Below, piece after piece: positions 14,189 through 28,237 of a stretch of 64,000 nt of DNA. The position numbers were made by a program, and so were the translations under genes. Source of the DNA: Eledone cirrhosa (taxonomy: Eukaryota); the NCBI GenBank assembly GCA_964016885.1, contig CAXHJY010001418.1, positions 1 to 64,000 of the forward strand, given 5' to 3'. Within the stretch, counting starts at the first letter, position 1; every line of letters starts with the position of its first letter. The notes under the pieces were generated by a model. The model was given only the letters and a program-made list of their open reading frames with translations. It was not told the DNA's origin and ran no database searches.

Positions 14189-14216
14189 GGGGGTTGGGTT
14201 GGGTTGGGGTTGGGGG
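14189..14216 (+). other. Potential G-quadruplex
   Basis: GGGGG-tt-GGG-tt-GGG-tt-GGGG-tt-GGGGG: five G-runs with 2-nt loops. Confidence 0.6.
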
Positions 14217-14741
14217 TGGAAGGCCCTGATACCTGGCTGGCGCCATAATTCTGATGAGTAAGTGCAGCTGCATGCAAAGCCGGTGCACATGACACGTGTG
14301 TCTTATAAATGGTGATATCATCTTAACAGTATGTTTCTCATTGGTCTTTCATGAATCATAGATAAAAAGGTGCCGACAAATATTCCTTTGCTTATATATT
14401 TATTTCATATATTTAACATCACCTAGTTTCTATGATGTTGGCGGTGATACGATACATGGAAGACCCGACGGAGAAAACCCTTGTTGAATTGAATTTCGAC
14501 TGTAACAATCTCATCTTTTTATATCTAGGATGTATGTGCCATGTCATGCCTTGCCATGCCATGGACCCGGAACTTCTGGTACAGGTTTACAGGCGCCATT
14601 GTGATATGTTTAGTATCTTGGACATTCAAACCTAGCAGAACCCATTCCTCTGCAGGTCTGAACACACACATACCCACACAAAGTCTATACATTTTTGGGG
14701 GACACCCTATATGTTTACATACATACGTACATACATGCATG

Positions 14742-14928
<187 letters not shown>

Positions 14929-15079
14929 ACGTTTTTAAACACTACAGATTCATCGAGAAGCATCATATGTTTTATATACAAATTAATAATAGTAACAGAA
15001 GGACATTTCAATGAAACATCTAAAATATTATTTAATGGAGAAATCTGCTAATTAGTTAAATAAAATTTCTTATTCCCAT

Positions 15080-15118
15080 AACCAATATATTTCGGCAAAC
15101 GTAGCCCTCTTTAAGATC
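15080..15118 (-). ncRNA. Degenerate minimal hammerhead
   Basis: gatc-TTAAAGA-g-ggc...gcc-GAAA-tata-TT-ggtt; two core mismatches. Confidence 0.3.
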
Positions 15119-16360
15119 ACAGTTAATTTTAGAACCTTAGGTAAATAATGTATTATTGTTTACTGTTGTTGATCAGTAAATATTCATGAAATTGATGTAT
15201 ATTGTGTTCTTATAGTCATACCAAAGCGATATCATAACTGCTTAAAACAGTCGGAGGTATCAAATATATGTTTATGATACATGAGACCTATTGTATATGG
15301 GTCCAGATACGCCTTTATTTTGAATCACGCTGAGTTTGGGGCATCGCTAATTACTATAAAACTTTTCTGACATTCATGTTCGATGTATAATATCACAAAA
15401 CATTAAAGTATATTCTACGCTGATTCACGAAGAAAGCAAACGAAATCAGCTTGAAAACCAAGAGTCGAAACCGCTTCGCAGAATCATATCGCCGAAAGCT
15501 AATAATATATTTACTGAATAACATGACATCAAAACAACACAGAATGAAATTAACAATGAAACATTAAACATATATTGTAGATCATTAAGCTTTTATTGTG
15601 ACATGTAAGCGAATATCTCATTCGTGATTTTATTAAGAATGTTAAACCAATAAAAATTTCTGATGTTATATAATAGATACTAACGAGAATATTGAAAACC
15701 TATACTGAAGTTACTTGGTCGTTGTTTATGTATTTCTCTCTACTTTCTCTCTATATATATCTGTATATGAGAGGGGCGTGTGTATTTCTGCGTCCTTCTG
15801 CCTGTTTATGTGGAGGTGTGTTTCTGTGTGCTTCTGTGTGCTTCTGTCTAAGTTTCTATGTGTGCGCGCACGATGTGTGTGTGTGTGTGTCTCTACCTGT
15901 TTATATGGAGGTGTTTCTCCTGTGATTCTATGCGTGTGTATGTGTGTATGTGTATGTGTGTCTCTGTGTGTGTGTGTGTTTCTATGTGGGCGCTTCTGTC
16001 CCGTCTATGTGTAAGGTGTTTCACTGTGTTTGCCTCTATCTGTATTTCTATGTGTGTGTATGTGCGTGTTTCTGTGTGTTGTTCTGCCTGTTTATATAAA
16101 AATGTTCTTCTGTGTGTGTCTGTGTGAGTGTGTGTGTGTGTGTGTGTGTATGTGCTTATGACTGTGTTTGTATGTGTATGTTTGTGACTCTGTGTGCATT
16201 TAATGGGTGTGCATTTCATATATAGGTGCGCTATGGTTGTTGTTGTTCTTGTTTTTGTTTACAACTTTCACCTGTGTCTACATATTCTAGAGTAGAAGTT
16301 AGAAAGGTCGAGTAAGCTGACTTTAGAAGATAGCGAAACATAGAGCAACACACAGATATG

Positions 16361-16421
<61 letters not shown>

Positions 16422-16577
16422 AAGCAATATTTATTTGTCCTTATTCGACGTGTATATGAGACAGTATGCATAGCTGTGTGGTACACCGCCTTCAGCATTC
16501 GTTTAAGATGTTGACGTTTCTGAATATAACAGAATTGCGACCCCTCACCGTAAATATCACATTTATATATATGTATG

Positions 16578-16613
<36 letters not shown>

Positions 16614-16673
16614 CCATAATCACACACATAAACGTACTCACCCTCACACACATATATATATAAACGCACACAA

Positions 16674-16718
<45 letters not shown>

Positions 16719-17019
16719 TATATAAATATATATGTCTGTATGTATATATAAATAAACACAGTATGTATTGTATGACAGATAATCTGAAAGTTATATAAGA
16801 AATAACTTTAACAATGCGGGATTTCCCTGACTGGATCTTTATACACAAGTTGTATAGACACAGCCCCTTGCTATAGAAAACCTTTCCTACAGAATGAACC
16901 CCTAATGCAGGCTGATATCTATCATAAGGCATGCTGAAGTTTGAAGGATAAATGTAACACCTATATGTGATGATTTGAAATCAGATTTTAAGACATGATA
17001 TTATGGACCTAGATTTATT

Positions 17020-17290
17020 ACGACGATGATTTTTCCACATTGCCGATCAAGGGAAGAATCTGCTAATGAAATTTACGTGCAAGTGTGGCTGTGTCTTCCA
17101 CAGACACGTGTACCCATAATGTAATACTCAGAGAGATTTTCTAAAGTACAGTGTGATAAAAGACTCACCTTTGATATTATATATACAACTGATTTGGACC
17201 GGCAGTTTGAACTGGGGCGACGTGAAATAAAATGTTACGTTGAATGATACAACCCGTCACCTGGAATCGAACACACGACCATAAGTAAAT
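17020..17290 (-). mobile_element. Older SINE family B, degraded
   Basis: Reverse complement of the family B body (aatttacgtgcaagt, cacagacacgtgtacc) and tRNA-like head (ggaatcgaac). Confidence 0.6.
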
Positions 17291-17418
17291 ACCACAAACA
17301 ATTTATTTATACTGATATCATCCTTTTGCTTCTCATCGTCATTATCATCATCGTTGTCATCGACATTTTTTCCCCATGTTCTAACATTTTCAAATAAAAT
17401 AAAACTAACCAAACCAAC

Positions 17419-17567
<149 letters not shown>

Positions 17568-17633
17568 CCATGTGTGTATGTGTGCCTGTCTGTCTCTGTG
17601 TATAGGAGAAAGAAGCTGAAAATGCAAATATAT

Positions 17634-17820
17634 AATTGTTTCTACTTTAGGCACAAGGCCAGCAATTATCCAGTGCATTACTGGTACTTTATTTTATCGA
17701 CCCCGTAAGGATGAAAGGCAAAGTCAACCTCGGCGGGATTTGAACTCAGATCGTAAAGGGACGTAACTATGCTGGAAAGCATGGCGTCCGACCCTCTACC
17801 GATACTGCCAATCCACCGCT
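17634..17820 (-). mobile_element. SINE family A (short variant), full length
   Basis: Complete head-body-tail, near-identical to 8381-8559 and 38236-38402. Confidence 0.93.
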
Positions 17821-17848
17821 GAACACTGCCACCACCACCACCACCACC

Positions 17849-17879
<31 letters not shown>

Positions 17880-18457
17880 GCAACAACAACAGAAACAAAA
17901 ACAATACCAGTAACATGCTCAGCAACAACAACAACAACACCAACAACAAAACACAGTCATCTTACACAGAAGTTATATTTTATATCATTGCCGTTCTAAG
18001 GTTGTTGAAACATAAATACGATGAAGGGAAAATGGAGGGGGTGCTCAAGCAGCTCCATTCTCTTTGTAAACTGTACGTGAGACGGTCTTTAGCCAGTTTA
18101 CTTCCGTCTGTCTATTTGTCGTTTAGCCAGACGTAGCATTAATACTTTTCTTTTAGCAGATACGTGCCCGGTAACAGATTTCCTGAAGTATAGCGTCAGC
18201 TATACACCGCATACTACGTGGATGCATCTATACATTTTTGTATAAGGTTTACCTGGGTTTATTTCTGTATTTGTATGTGTGTCTATATATGTGTCTCTGT
18301 GTGTGTGTCGTTGTGTGTGTGTATGTCTCTCTCTCTCTGTTTGTGTGTATATTTGTGTGAGGGATCTATACGTGTGTCCCCGTGCATATATATATATATG
18401 TATATATGTATATGTTTGTCTAGGTGTTTGCGTGTCGGTGTGTCAGTGGGAGTGCGC

Positions 18458-18495
<38 letters not shown>

Positions 18496-18654
18496 AGTGT
18501 AAATGTGCGTGTGTGTGTGGTGTATGTGTGCTCGTGCATCTGTGATGCATGAGTTCGAGATTTGTGTATGTCTCTGAGTGCGCCTGGGAATGTATCCATG
18601 ATGTATATGTGCATCTATGTGCGTAGATTCCTCTCTCCTCTCTCTTTCTCTCTT

Positions 18655-18771
<117 letters not shown>

Positions 18772-18875
18772 TTGTATAGAAGCTCCTTCTATACAATAAA
18801 CATTTTTTTACTCTGCCATGTATTGAGTACCTTACTTACTGTGGTTATCCCCGACTCAACCCGGGACCTACGTAT

Positions 18876-18920
<45 letters not shown>

Positions 18921-18954
18921 GTATATATTATCTTTCCTTTCTGTGCCAGTGAAT

Positions 18955-19150
18955 AATTGCTTCTGATTTAGGCACAAGGCCAGCAATTTTAGGGTGAGGG
19001 GAGAGTCGATTAAATCGACGCCAGTGAGTTACTAGTACTTTATTTTATCGACCCTGTAAGAATAAAAGGCAAAGCTAACCTCAGCGGAATTTGAACTAGG
19101 AACATAAAGGGACGTAACCACATGCTAGAAATCAAGTTGTCCGACGCCCC
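18955..19150 (-). mobile_element. SINE family A (long variant), diverged
   Basis: Contains the extra ggggagagtcgattaaatcgac segment. Confidence 0.85.
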
Positions 19151-19599
19151 CTTTTTCATTGGGTAATGAGTTTTCATTTATACAGAGTATTTCTACAAAA
19201 TCATCTTTTATAATTGCATTGACGTCTAATATACTGTACTTTGTTGGGACAATTATATGTGTGTACAAGGTATAAAGATATGCGTATTTTGGACACGTAG
19301 ACCAATTAGGGAAGAATACATGTAGTGTTCATTATTTTTTTAACCGTTTCCGTTCCACATTTGAAAAGAGTGTATTATCCACAAAATATCATGTCGAAAT
19401 ATACTGGGTAACATGTTACTTTATTTTGTTTTATTTGTCTTGCTTTGCCATTTATATATTTCTACTTCATTGTAGCGACTTTTTGTATCGTATCAGTCAT
19501 TTATAACATATCTCACAATGCTTGATATTAACTATAATACTTTATGAAGATATTACTGTTAATATCTCCTGTTATATGAAAAAAGAAATAAATATTTAT

Positions 19600-19850
19600 G
19601 TTTGGCAAAAATATATTCCCTCAGTGTAATCTTAGGGCAGAATCAGAGTCATATTGTGCTAATAACAAGACTGGCCCTTTGATTTATAAATATACTTCCA
19701 AAAGCCTCAATCTATCTAATTCCACTGCTGCAGCTTGGATAGACCCGAGGCTGAGGTAGAATGCACTTTACCGGGTTGACACATGGTGGGATCAAAGCTA
19801 ATAACTTATGACAAGGAGGCGAATATTTTAGCCATTTGGATACGACTGTA
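19600..19850 (-). mobile_element. Degraded older SINE
   Basis: acaagactggccctttga...gacccgaggct..gtagaa...ggtgggatcaaa resembles the reverse complement of a tRNA-headed SINE like 61520-61612. Confidence 0.45.
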
Positions 19851-20178
19851 TCCTACTGTACTTACACAAATCTTAACACGCACACAAAATTGTCCATAGG
19901 CACACAGTTATGTCTTTTTTGTTGTTGTTGTGTCCTTTGAATTATCTGTACGAATGTACATGTCCGTGAGTAGGTAGATGTAATTATATACATATTGTTA
20001 TATAAAAGTATCTACATACGAACACACGAAAGCTGTGCTTTTGCATGGATTCAGGCTGTGATGGTTAAAACAAACTAAAGTACTAAACAATATTTACAGC
20101 CATAAACAACGACTACTAATAAAGCTCAGTCATACACGCACATAATTTTAAAAACTTTACTACCTACACGCATTTATA

Positions 20179-20263
<85 letters not shown>

Positions 20264-20489
20264 TATATATATATATATATATATGCATATATATATATAT
20301 ATATAAATGCATATATATATATGTGTATATATATATGCCTATATATATATAGGCATATATGTGTATATATATATATATATATACATATATACATATATAT
20401 GCCTATATATATATATATATATATACATATTTATGCCTATATATATATATATGCATATTTATATACACATATATATATATGCATTTATA

Positions 20490-20582
<93 letters not shown>

Positions 20583-21107
20583 GCATATATATATATATAT
20601 ACATATTTATGCCTATATATATATATATATTCATATTTATATACACACATATATATATATATGCATATATATATATATATATTTATATTTATATTTATAT
20701 ATATATATTTATATTATGGAATACTGTTGGCTTTGTGCTACAATATGTTCTATACCTTTTTCTATACCTTTCATTTATATATATATAAATGCATATATAT
20801 GTATCTATATATGTATGCATATATATATATATTTGTGTGTGAGTGTTTGTGAAAGTGTCACTGTTTCTCTCTCCGCGTGTCTCAATCTATTTACTGGTGT
20901 CGAATATGTATGATATATATAAGATTGGTATGGGTTCCATATATACGTAATCAACATTCTACATTTGTTCACAGAAAAGAAAAAGAGAATAAGAAATTAA
21001 CGTAAAAATATACTTTCACATATATGCTTGTATGTATATATGAAGACAAACACTTGTATCTATGTGTGTTTCAGTACACAATTATACACATATACATGTA
21101 TACACTA

Positions 21108-21149
<42 letters not shown>

Positions 21150-21153
21150 TATA

Positions 21154-21268
<115 letters not shown>

Positions 21269-21384
21269 CATATATTATAAATACATTCGTATATATATAC
21301 ATACATATATAAATGAAAATAGAGAAATTAATGTAAGCATACATATATATATATAACATATATAGATATAACATACATATATAT

Positions 21385-21437
<53 letters not shown>

Positions 21438-22010
21438 GGTACATTGGCTACAGAAACTCATTGGAAAGTATCAGACACGAGAAAAACCCAGAACTAATAT
21501 AGCTAATAAAAAATACAAATAACATTTTAAAAAGAACGAAACTAAGGAATATATATCAAGAAAACAATATAGAATAGAAAAAATCAAGTATGCAATGAAA
21601 TATGGGCCTGTTTACGGATGCTGAACCAGGCTCTGAGCTGTTGGAGTGAGCGAGTGTGGGGTTGATGGCGCAGGCTTAGAATAGAGATATATAGGAAATA
21701 CAATTAAGCAGAAGAAAATAAGACTCGAGGCAAAGATGGCTGAAGTACGTCGTTGCTGAACACGCGAAAAAATTATTCAGCTTATTTCACGCGTAGTAAT
21801 TATAGTATGTAATATATATATATACTTACATACGCATATACATACGCATATGTGCATGTATACATTAATACATACATATATACATATATACATATATACA
21901 TATAAGTATAGAGACATATATACATATATGTATAAATATATGTATGCAATCATACGTACAAAAGTACACACGTGCGTATATACACAGAAAAGCACACTGC
22001 GACAAACACA

Positions 22011-22126
<116 letters not shown>

Positions 22127-22638
22127 AACGTGTTTATATGTATATATAAAATTATGATATATATATATATATATACATACATTATATATGTTCATTTATA
22201 TATATACATATATATATAGGCTTATATATATATATGTGTGTATATATATATATAAAGTATTAGGTCTATACCCTTTTTCCTGTTTGGTCATGAGGGAGGG
22301 GCAGATCCCATGGTCTTCAACAAGGTGGGGCTGATGCTTTAAATGATACGAAGAAACTGTTGCTTGTCCTCTTCTTTTGGAAATAAGTCATCTTTAAAGG
22401 AGCTCCAGAAGTACAACGAACTGGGCTTGAACGTCTGGGAATAGGGCTTAGTGTAGAGTCTAAGGGCCGCTCTCAACTACAGTGGTGTGAGCGGAAATTC
22501 GGAGTTTATTTTGTATGAGAGCAGCAAGCTCGTAGTGAGAGAGAATCGTTAGAAAAAGGAGAATGAGTATACTGTATATTGACGGAGGTCTGATAGCTAA
22601 AGGAAATATTTAAGAGGAATATTGAAGAATATTATTCA

Positions 22639-22813
22639 AGTATCAGTAGAGGGTCGGACGCCATGCTTTGACGCATAGAGTTACGCCCCTTTCCATTCTG
22701 AGTTCAAATCCCGCCGAGGTTAAATTTGCCTTTCATCCTTACGGTGTCGATAAAATAAAGTACCAGTAATGCACTGGGTTATTGCTGGCCTTGTGCCAAA
22801 CGTAGAAACAATT
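22639..22813 (+). mobile_element. SINE family A (short variant)
   Basis: B-box gagttcaaatcc and tail ccttgtgccaaacgtagaaac. Confidence 0.9.
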
Positions 22814-23563
22814 GTTCAAGAACAATCATACAGGAGGATCATTCAATGAACAATCTTAGATTCGGTTCCATATATACTCTCTCACATACAGACAAACCTA
22901 CAAAAGTATACCTACATACATACATATAAATGTTTGTGTATTAATGTCATTCTGGGTGTCTAAGTTTATATGTGTGTGTCTGTATATGTATGTCTCTCAC
23001 CCTCTTCTTCTCTCGCTCTGTCTACCGCGCTATCTCTCTCACTCTGCCCCCCCCCTCTCTCTTGCACTCGTTTCTATGTATCTATCACTCTATCATTTAC
23101 TATTTGTCACTACACCTATGAAGTTAGAGCGGGTTACACTTACATGATCAATCAATTATTTACTTCATCTTCATATTTAGGTCTTTGCAGAAACCAGAAA
23201 CATGGGTGGTCCTCTTTACCTCTCTCAATAGGTGTATGTTGACTCAGTTCCTTCTCATGCGAGATATGAAATTCCCCTCATGCGAAATATATAAGGATTT
23301 AAATTATCGTTAAACATATCCTGAAGGCAGTGTACACCAAATCACTGTTTGTGTATATATCATTTATTTCTCTGTAGGGTTCATAGGACTTCACTTCCAT
23401 TTATATGTATATATTGTCTTCCTAAGGTTGTAATATGTTTTATGTTATATTGAGTTGTATGAAGACAACAAACAAACACCAAATCAAAATATAGGCCTTT
23501 TGCTTTGTTGTTTTTTTTTGTGTGTTCATTAGCTTTTATTAGTTTCATTCTTTCATATTGTGA

Positions 23564-23649
<86 letters not shown>

Positions 23650-23740
23650 AAAGTTGAAGCTCGAAATAGCACGGAGAATATATTTTAGGGTCTGTTTTGT
23701 TTTTTTTCCTATAATTATATATATATGTATGCATGTAATG

Positions 23741-23794
<54 letters not shown>

Positions 23795-23915
23795 GTATTT
23801 CTGCAAAGTGGCTGATTGAATGCATCCGTGATTTTTGCGATTTTCTGAATAAACAATCTTTTCCCGTTCCATCTTCTCCCTCTCTGCCTTTCTAAAACAT
23901 TTTTATTTATCATTC

Positions 23916-23955
23916 TATCTTCTGATGAAAGTCTAGTGTCTGAAACGTTAGGATA
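23916..23955 (+). ncRNA. Minimal type I hammerhead (Penelope-like)
   Basis: tatctt-CTGATGA-aagtctagtgtct-GAAAC-GTT-aggata: 6-bp helix I, palindromic AACGTT helix III. Confidence 0.6.
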
Positions 23956-24108
23956 CTTTTCCTATTATATCAAGCGTTGAACTAATATATTTCTGTAGTT
24001 TATTGTTTTGTTTCTCTGTGTTTATCTATGACATAGAACATGACATATATTTGGAGATCTTGAGGAATATTTAATATAGATATAACTACTCTCTCTCTGT
24101 CTCTCTGT

Positions 24109-24194
<86 letters not shown>

Positions 24195-24265
24195 GTGTGT
24201 TTATCGCTGGTTCAATCAGAGGTAACCACGGTATGTAAAGTACTCAATATATAGCAGAGTATAAA

Positions 24266-24394
24266 TATTTAATATAGAAATGCCTTTTACAGGATAAGAA
24301 CTGTTTCATTCGGAGGAAATCACCAGGAAGGCCTTGATGAATTCCTCCGAATGAAACAGTTCTAGTGCCGTAGAGGCCATTTCTATATTAAATA
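24266..24394. ncRNA. Inverted pair of family H2 hammerheads, back to back
   Basis: agaactgtttcattcggaggaa ... ttcctccgaatgaaacagttct inverted repeat around a central aaggcctt; cores CTGGTGA (-) and TTGATGA (+). Confidence 0.65.
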
Positions 24395-24414
24395 TATATA
24401 TATATATATATTGA

Positions 24415-24535
24415 AAGCGTGTGGCTGAGTGGTTAGATTATTGGATTCGCAATCGTAAGGTTGTGAGATCGATTCCTGGACCAGGCGATGCGTTATGTCC
24501 TTGGGCAAGACACTTTATTTCACGTTGCTTCTTCT
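24415..24535 (+). mobile_element. tRNA-derived SINE head (family B)
   Basis: A-box TGGCTGAGTGG, B-box-like gatcgattcc, followed by gtccttgggcaagacacttt. Confidence 0.75.
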
Positions 24536-24722
24536 ACCTGGAGTTGCGACCGATTGATAGTATTAGCAATTGGAAAGACCAACGGAAACATTGTTTCCTC
24601 GGTCCGATTTGACGAAAGTCGAACGTCTTTTTATATATATATATATATATAGGTAAGTTATTCCGGGTTGAGTCGGAGGTAACCACAGTAAGTAAGGTAC
24701 TTAATACCTAGCAGAGTATAAT

Positions 24723-24771
24723 GATTCCTGATGATTTCTCAAGAATGAAACAGTTCTAGTCCTGTAGAATC
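24723..24771 (+). ncRNA. Complete type I hammerhead ribozyme (family H2)
   Basis: gattc-CTGATGA-tttc-tcaa-gaat-GAA-ACAG-ttctagtc-CTGT-A-gaatc: all three helices pair, intact core, GUA cleavage site after 24766. Confidence 0.8.
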
Positions 24772-25304
24772 TCATCTATATTAAAACTAATATATATATA
24801 TATATAGAGAGAGAGAGAGGGAGAGAGAGATAGGATCCTACTTTTCCTCGCTGGCTCTGGTTTTCATGTGCATTGTTGAAGTTAGTAGTTTCATACGCAT
24901 GCGTGCAGTCATGTGTGTACATATATATGTGAAAGTACGAGCCTCTATGACGTCGGTCTACTTTCTTGTATCTGTACAGTTTCCATACAACCACAGATGT
25001 GTATATTTTTGTAATTATACGAAATGTTTTTATATTTTTATATATTTTTTCTCTTCCTCTATGGGTGAGCCTGCCTTATTTATTATTTTATTTTATTTTA
25101 TTTTTTTTGTTTGTGTTTTAGTTTTGTTTCTACATGTGTACCGTGCATGTGTGTCTGTCTGTGTGTTAAGGAGCCATGCTGTGAGTGTGCGTGTGCAGAT
25201 TATGCAGACAAGAAGATTGCGGTTTCACGTCACGTCCTGGTCAATCACACGCGCACCGTAGAGTTACAGAACAACAGGAAAGATAGTTGATTACCAGAAT
25301 ACAC

Positions 25305-25323
25305 TCCACAACCACCACCGTCT

Positions 25324-25356
<33 letters not shown>

Positions 25357-26920
25357 CTACCCTCAACCATCGCCACAATCACCACCACTATCATCACCAC
25401 CACTAACATCACCATCGCCATTACCACCACTAACATCACCACCGCCATTACCACCACTAACATCACCACCGCCATTACAGCACAACCACCATCACCACCT
25501 CCACCACCACCACCACCACCACCACCACCACCAGCAGTAGCACTATCCCACACCACCACCACCAACACCACCACCGCCGTCGCCGCTACAATAACCATCA
25601 CTATCATCAATGCCATCACCACCAACTATCGTTACTACCACAACCAACACCACCACCAACACCGCTACCTCACAACCACCACAACCACCACCACAACTGC
25701 CACCACCACCACCAGCAGCACCACCACCACCAACACTACCACGGCCACTATCACAACCATCACTATCGCCAACACCAACAATACCACCGATACTACCACC
25801 ATCAACACTACCACAACCATCACTATCAGCAACATCGCCACCACCACCGTTACTACCACAACCAGCACCACCACCAGCACTACTACTCCCCCACCAGCAC
25901 CATCACCACGACCACCACGACCACGATGAACACCACCACTACCGCCACCACCACAACCATCATCACCACCAACACCATTACCATAAGCACTACCTTCAAC
26001 ACCACCTCAAGCACCACAAGCCCTAACACCGTCGACGCCACTAACACCACTACCACCATTACTCACACCACCCCAACCACCATCATCATCATCAATACCA
26101 TTAATACCACCTCATATAGCACCACCACCATGCCACTGCCGCCATCACAATTACCACCTCACCATCCGCAACACTACCACCACACAACCACACCACCACA
26201 CCTCCCTCAACCACCACCACCACCAGCTCCACTTCATCCACCGCTGCCGCCACACCACCAACAACAACACTACCACCACACCACCACCACCAGCTCCACT
26301 TCATCCACCGCTGCCGCCACACAACCACAACAACACTACCACCACACCACCACACCACCACACCACCACACCACCACACCTACCGTCACAATTAACTCGC
26401 TCCACCACCACCACCACCAGCTCCACTTCATCCAGCGCTGCCGCCACACCACCGACAACAATACTACCACCACACCGCCACAACACCGCCAGCAACACTA
26501 CCACCATACCACCACACCCACCGTCACAATTACCTCGCTCCTCCACCACCACCACCAACTCCACTTCATCCACCGCTGCCGCCACACAACCACAACAACA
26601 CTACCACCACACCACCACACCATCACACCACCGTCACAATTACCTCGCTCCACCACCACCACCACCAGCTCCACTTCATCCACCGCTGCCGCCACACCAC
26701 CGATAACAACACTACCACCACACCGCCACAACACCGCCAGCAACACTACCACCACACCACCACAACCACCGTCACAATTACCTCGCTCCACCACCACCAC
26801 CACCACCAGCTCCACTTCATCCACCACTGCCACCACCCCACCATCAAAAACACTACCACCACAAACACTACTACTACTAACAACAACAACAACAACAATA
26901 ACAACTACGACAACAACATC
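25305..26920. repeat. (CCA/ACA)n-derived low-complexity tract with higher-order units
   Basis: Recurring ccagctccacttcatccaccgctgccgccacac and ccgtcacaattacctcgctcc blocks. Confidence 0.9.
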
Positions 26921-27133
26921 AGCAACATCCAGAAACGTCAACGACAAAATCTTTGAAACAGTTTTTCGAACGTGAAATATTCACTGCGTGCAACGATGAA
27001 CTTTATTCAACGAAGATACACGTAATTACACAAATAAAGAAACAGAATAAATAAAGAAAAATAAATGAATAAATAAATGAATAGACAAATTAGGAAGGAA
27101 GGGAGGAAGGAAAGAAGGAAAGAAAGAAATAAG

Positions 27134-27407
27134 GGTTTCTTATATAGGCACAAGGCCAGCAATTTTGGGGGAGGGGAAAGTCGATTAAATCGACGCCAGT
27201 GCATGACTGGTACTTTATTTTATCAATCCCCATAAGGATGAAAAGCAAAGTTAACCTCGGCGGGATTTGAACTCAGAATGGCAAGGGCCGTAGCTCAATG
27301 CGTCAAAGCATGAGTGATGTTAATGGTGGTTTGAACTCAAATAATAAAAAAAGGGCCGCAACTCTATGTTGCAAAGCATGGCATCCGACCCTCGAACGAT
27401 AGTGCCA
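27134..27407 (-). mobile_element. SINE family A (long variant) plus an adjacent partial head
   Basis: Long-variant insert ggggaggggaaagtcgattaaatcgac; second head fragment at 27329-27407. Confidence 0.88.
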
Positions 27408-27506
27408 AAAAAAAGAAAGAAATAACGAAAGAAAGAAGGAAGGAAAGAAAGTGGAGGTGATGTCGGAGGCTAGTTAGTAAAGTATAGTCGAATATATTGC
27501 AATAGT

Positions 27507-27692
27507 ATTTCTTCTTTTGGCACAAGGCCAGCAATTACGCGAGTGTATTACTGGTACTTTATTTTATTGACTCCGTATGGATGAAAGACAAAGTTAAACT
27601 CGGTGGATTTGAACTCAGAACGTAAAGGGCTGTAACTATGCTGCAAATCATTGTGTCTAACTCTCTCCCTATACTGTCAAACCACTGCCCTT
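27507..27692 (-). mobile_element. SINE family A with a 12-bp TSD
   Basis: TSD tattgcaatagt at 27495-27506 and 27694-27705. Confidence 0.9.
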
Positions 27693-27981
27693 GTATTGCA
27701 ATAGTGACTTCTGATATTGAGGTTAATCATTACAGATAGAAAGAGTTTTTAGTTTTATATGTTTTCTCCCAGATAGAAAGAGCCTACAGTTTTATAGATT
27801 TTTTCGCTAATCTCAACTGTTTTAGGGTGGTGTTGTTAAATTTCTTGTATTTATATATAATCTTGCATTATAAGTCGGCAAATTAGCCAGGCTAGAGCTC
27901 GCTCCATCTCATTGTCACAAATCTGTATTTACTTGAATATTTACCCCTGTTATCTATCTATCTATCTATCTATCTATCTCG

Positions 27982-28060
<79 letters not shown>

Positions 28061-28178
28061 TAATGTGAGTGAGAGAGACAGAGATAAATGCATGTAAACA
28101 CACACACACACACGTCTCTCTCTATATTATATATTATTTTTTTTTTCCTGTTATTCTATTATTCTCTCTCTCTCTCTC

Positions 28179-28237
<59 letters not shown>

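Noticed and set aside
14250-14290. CTGATGAG as a hammerhead core (also 11359, 49656, 56480)
   Set aside because: No correctly placed GAAA plus NUH with pairing helix I and III
22270-22560. GC-richer block as a coding exon
   Set aside because: The minus-strand frames I translated contain stops and the ORF track shows nothing here; possibly a decayed retroelement fragment, but I cannot assign it
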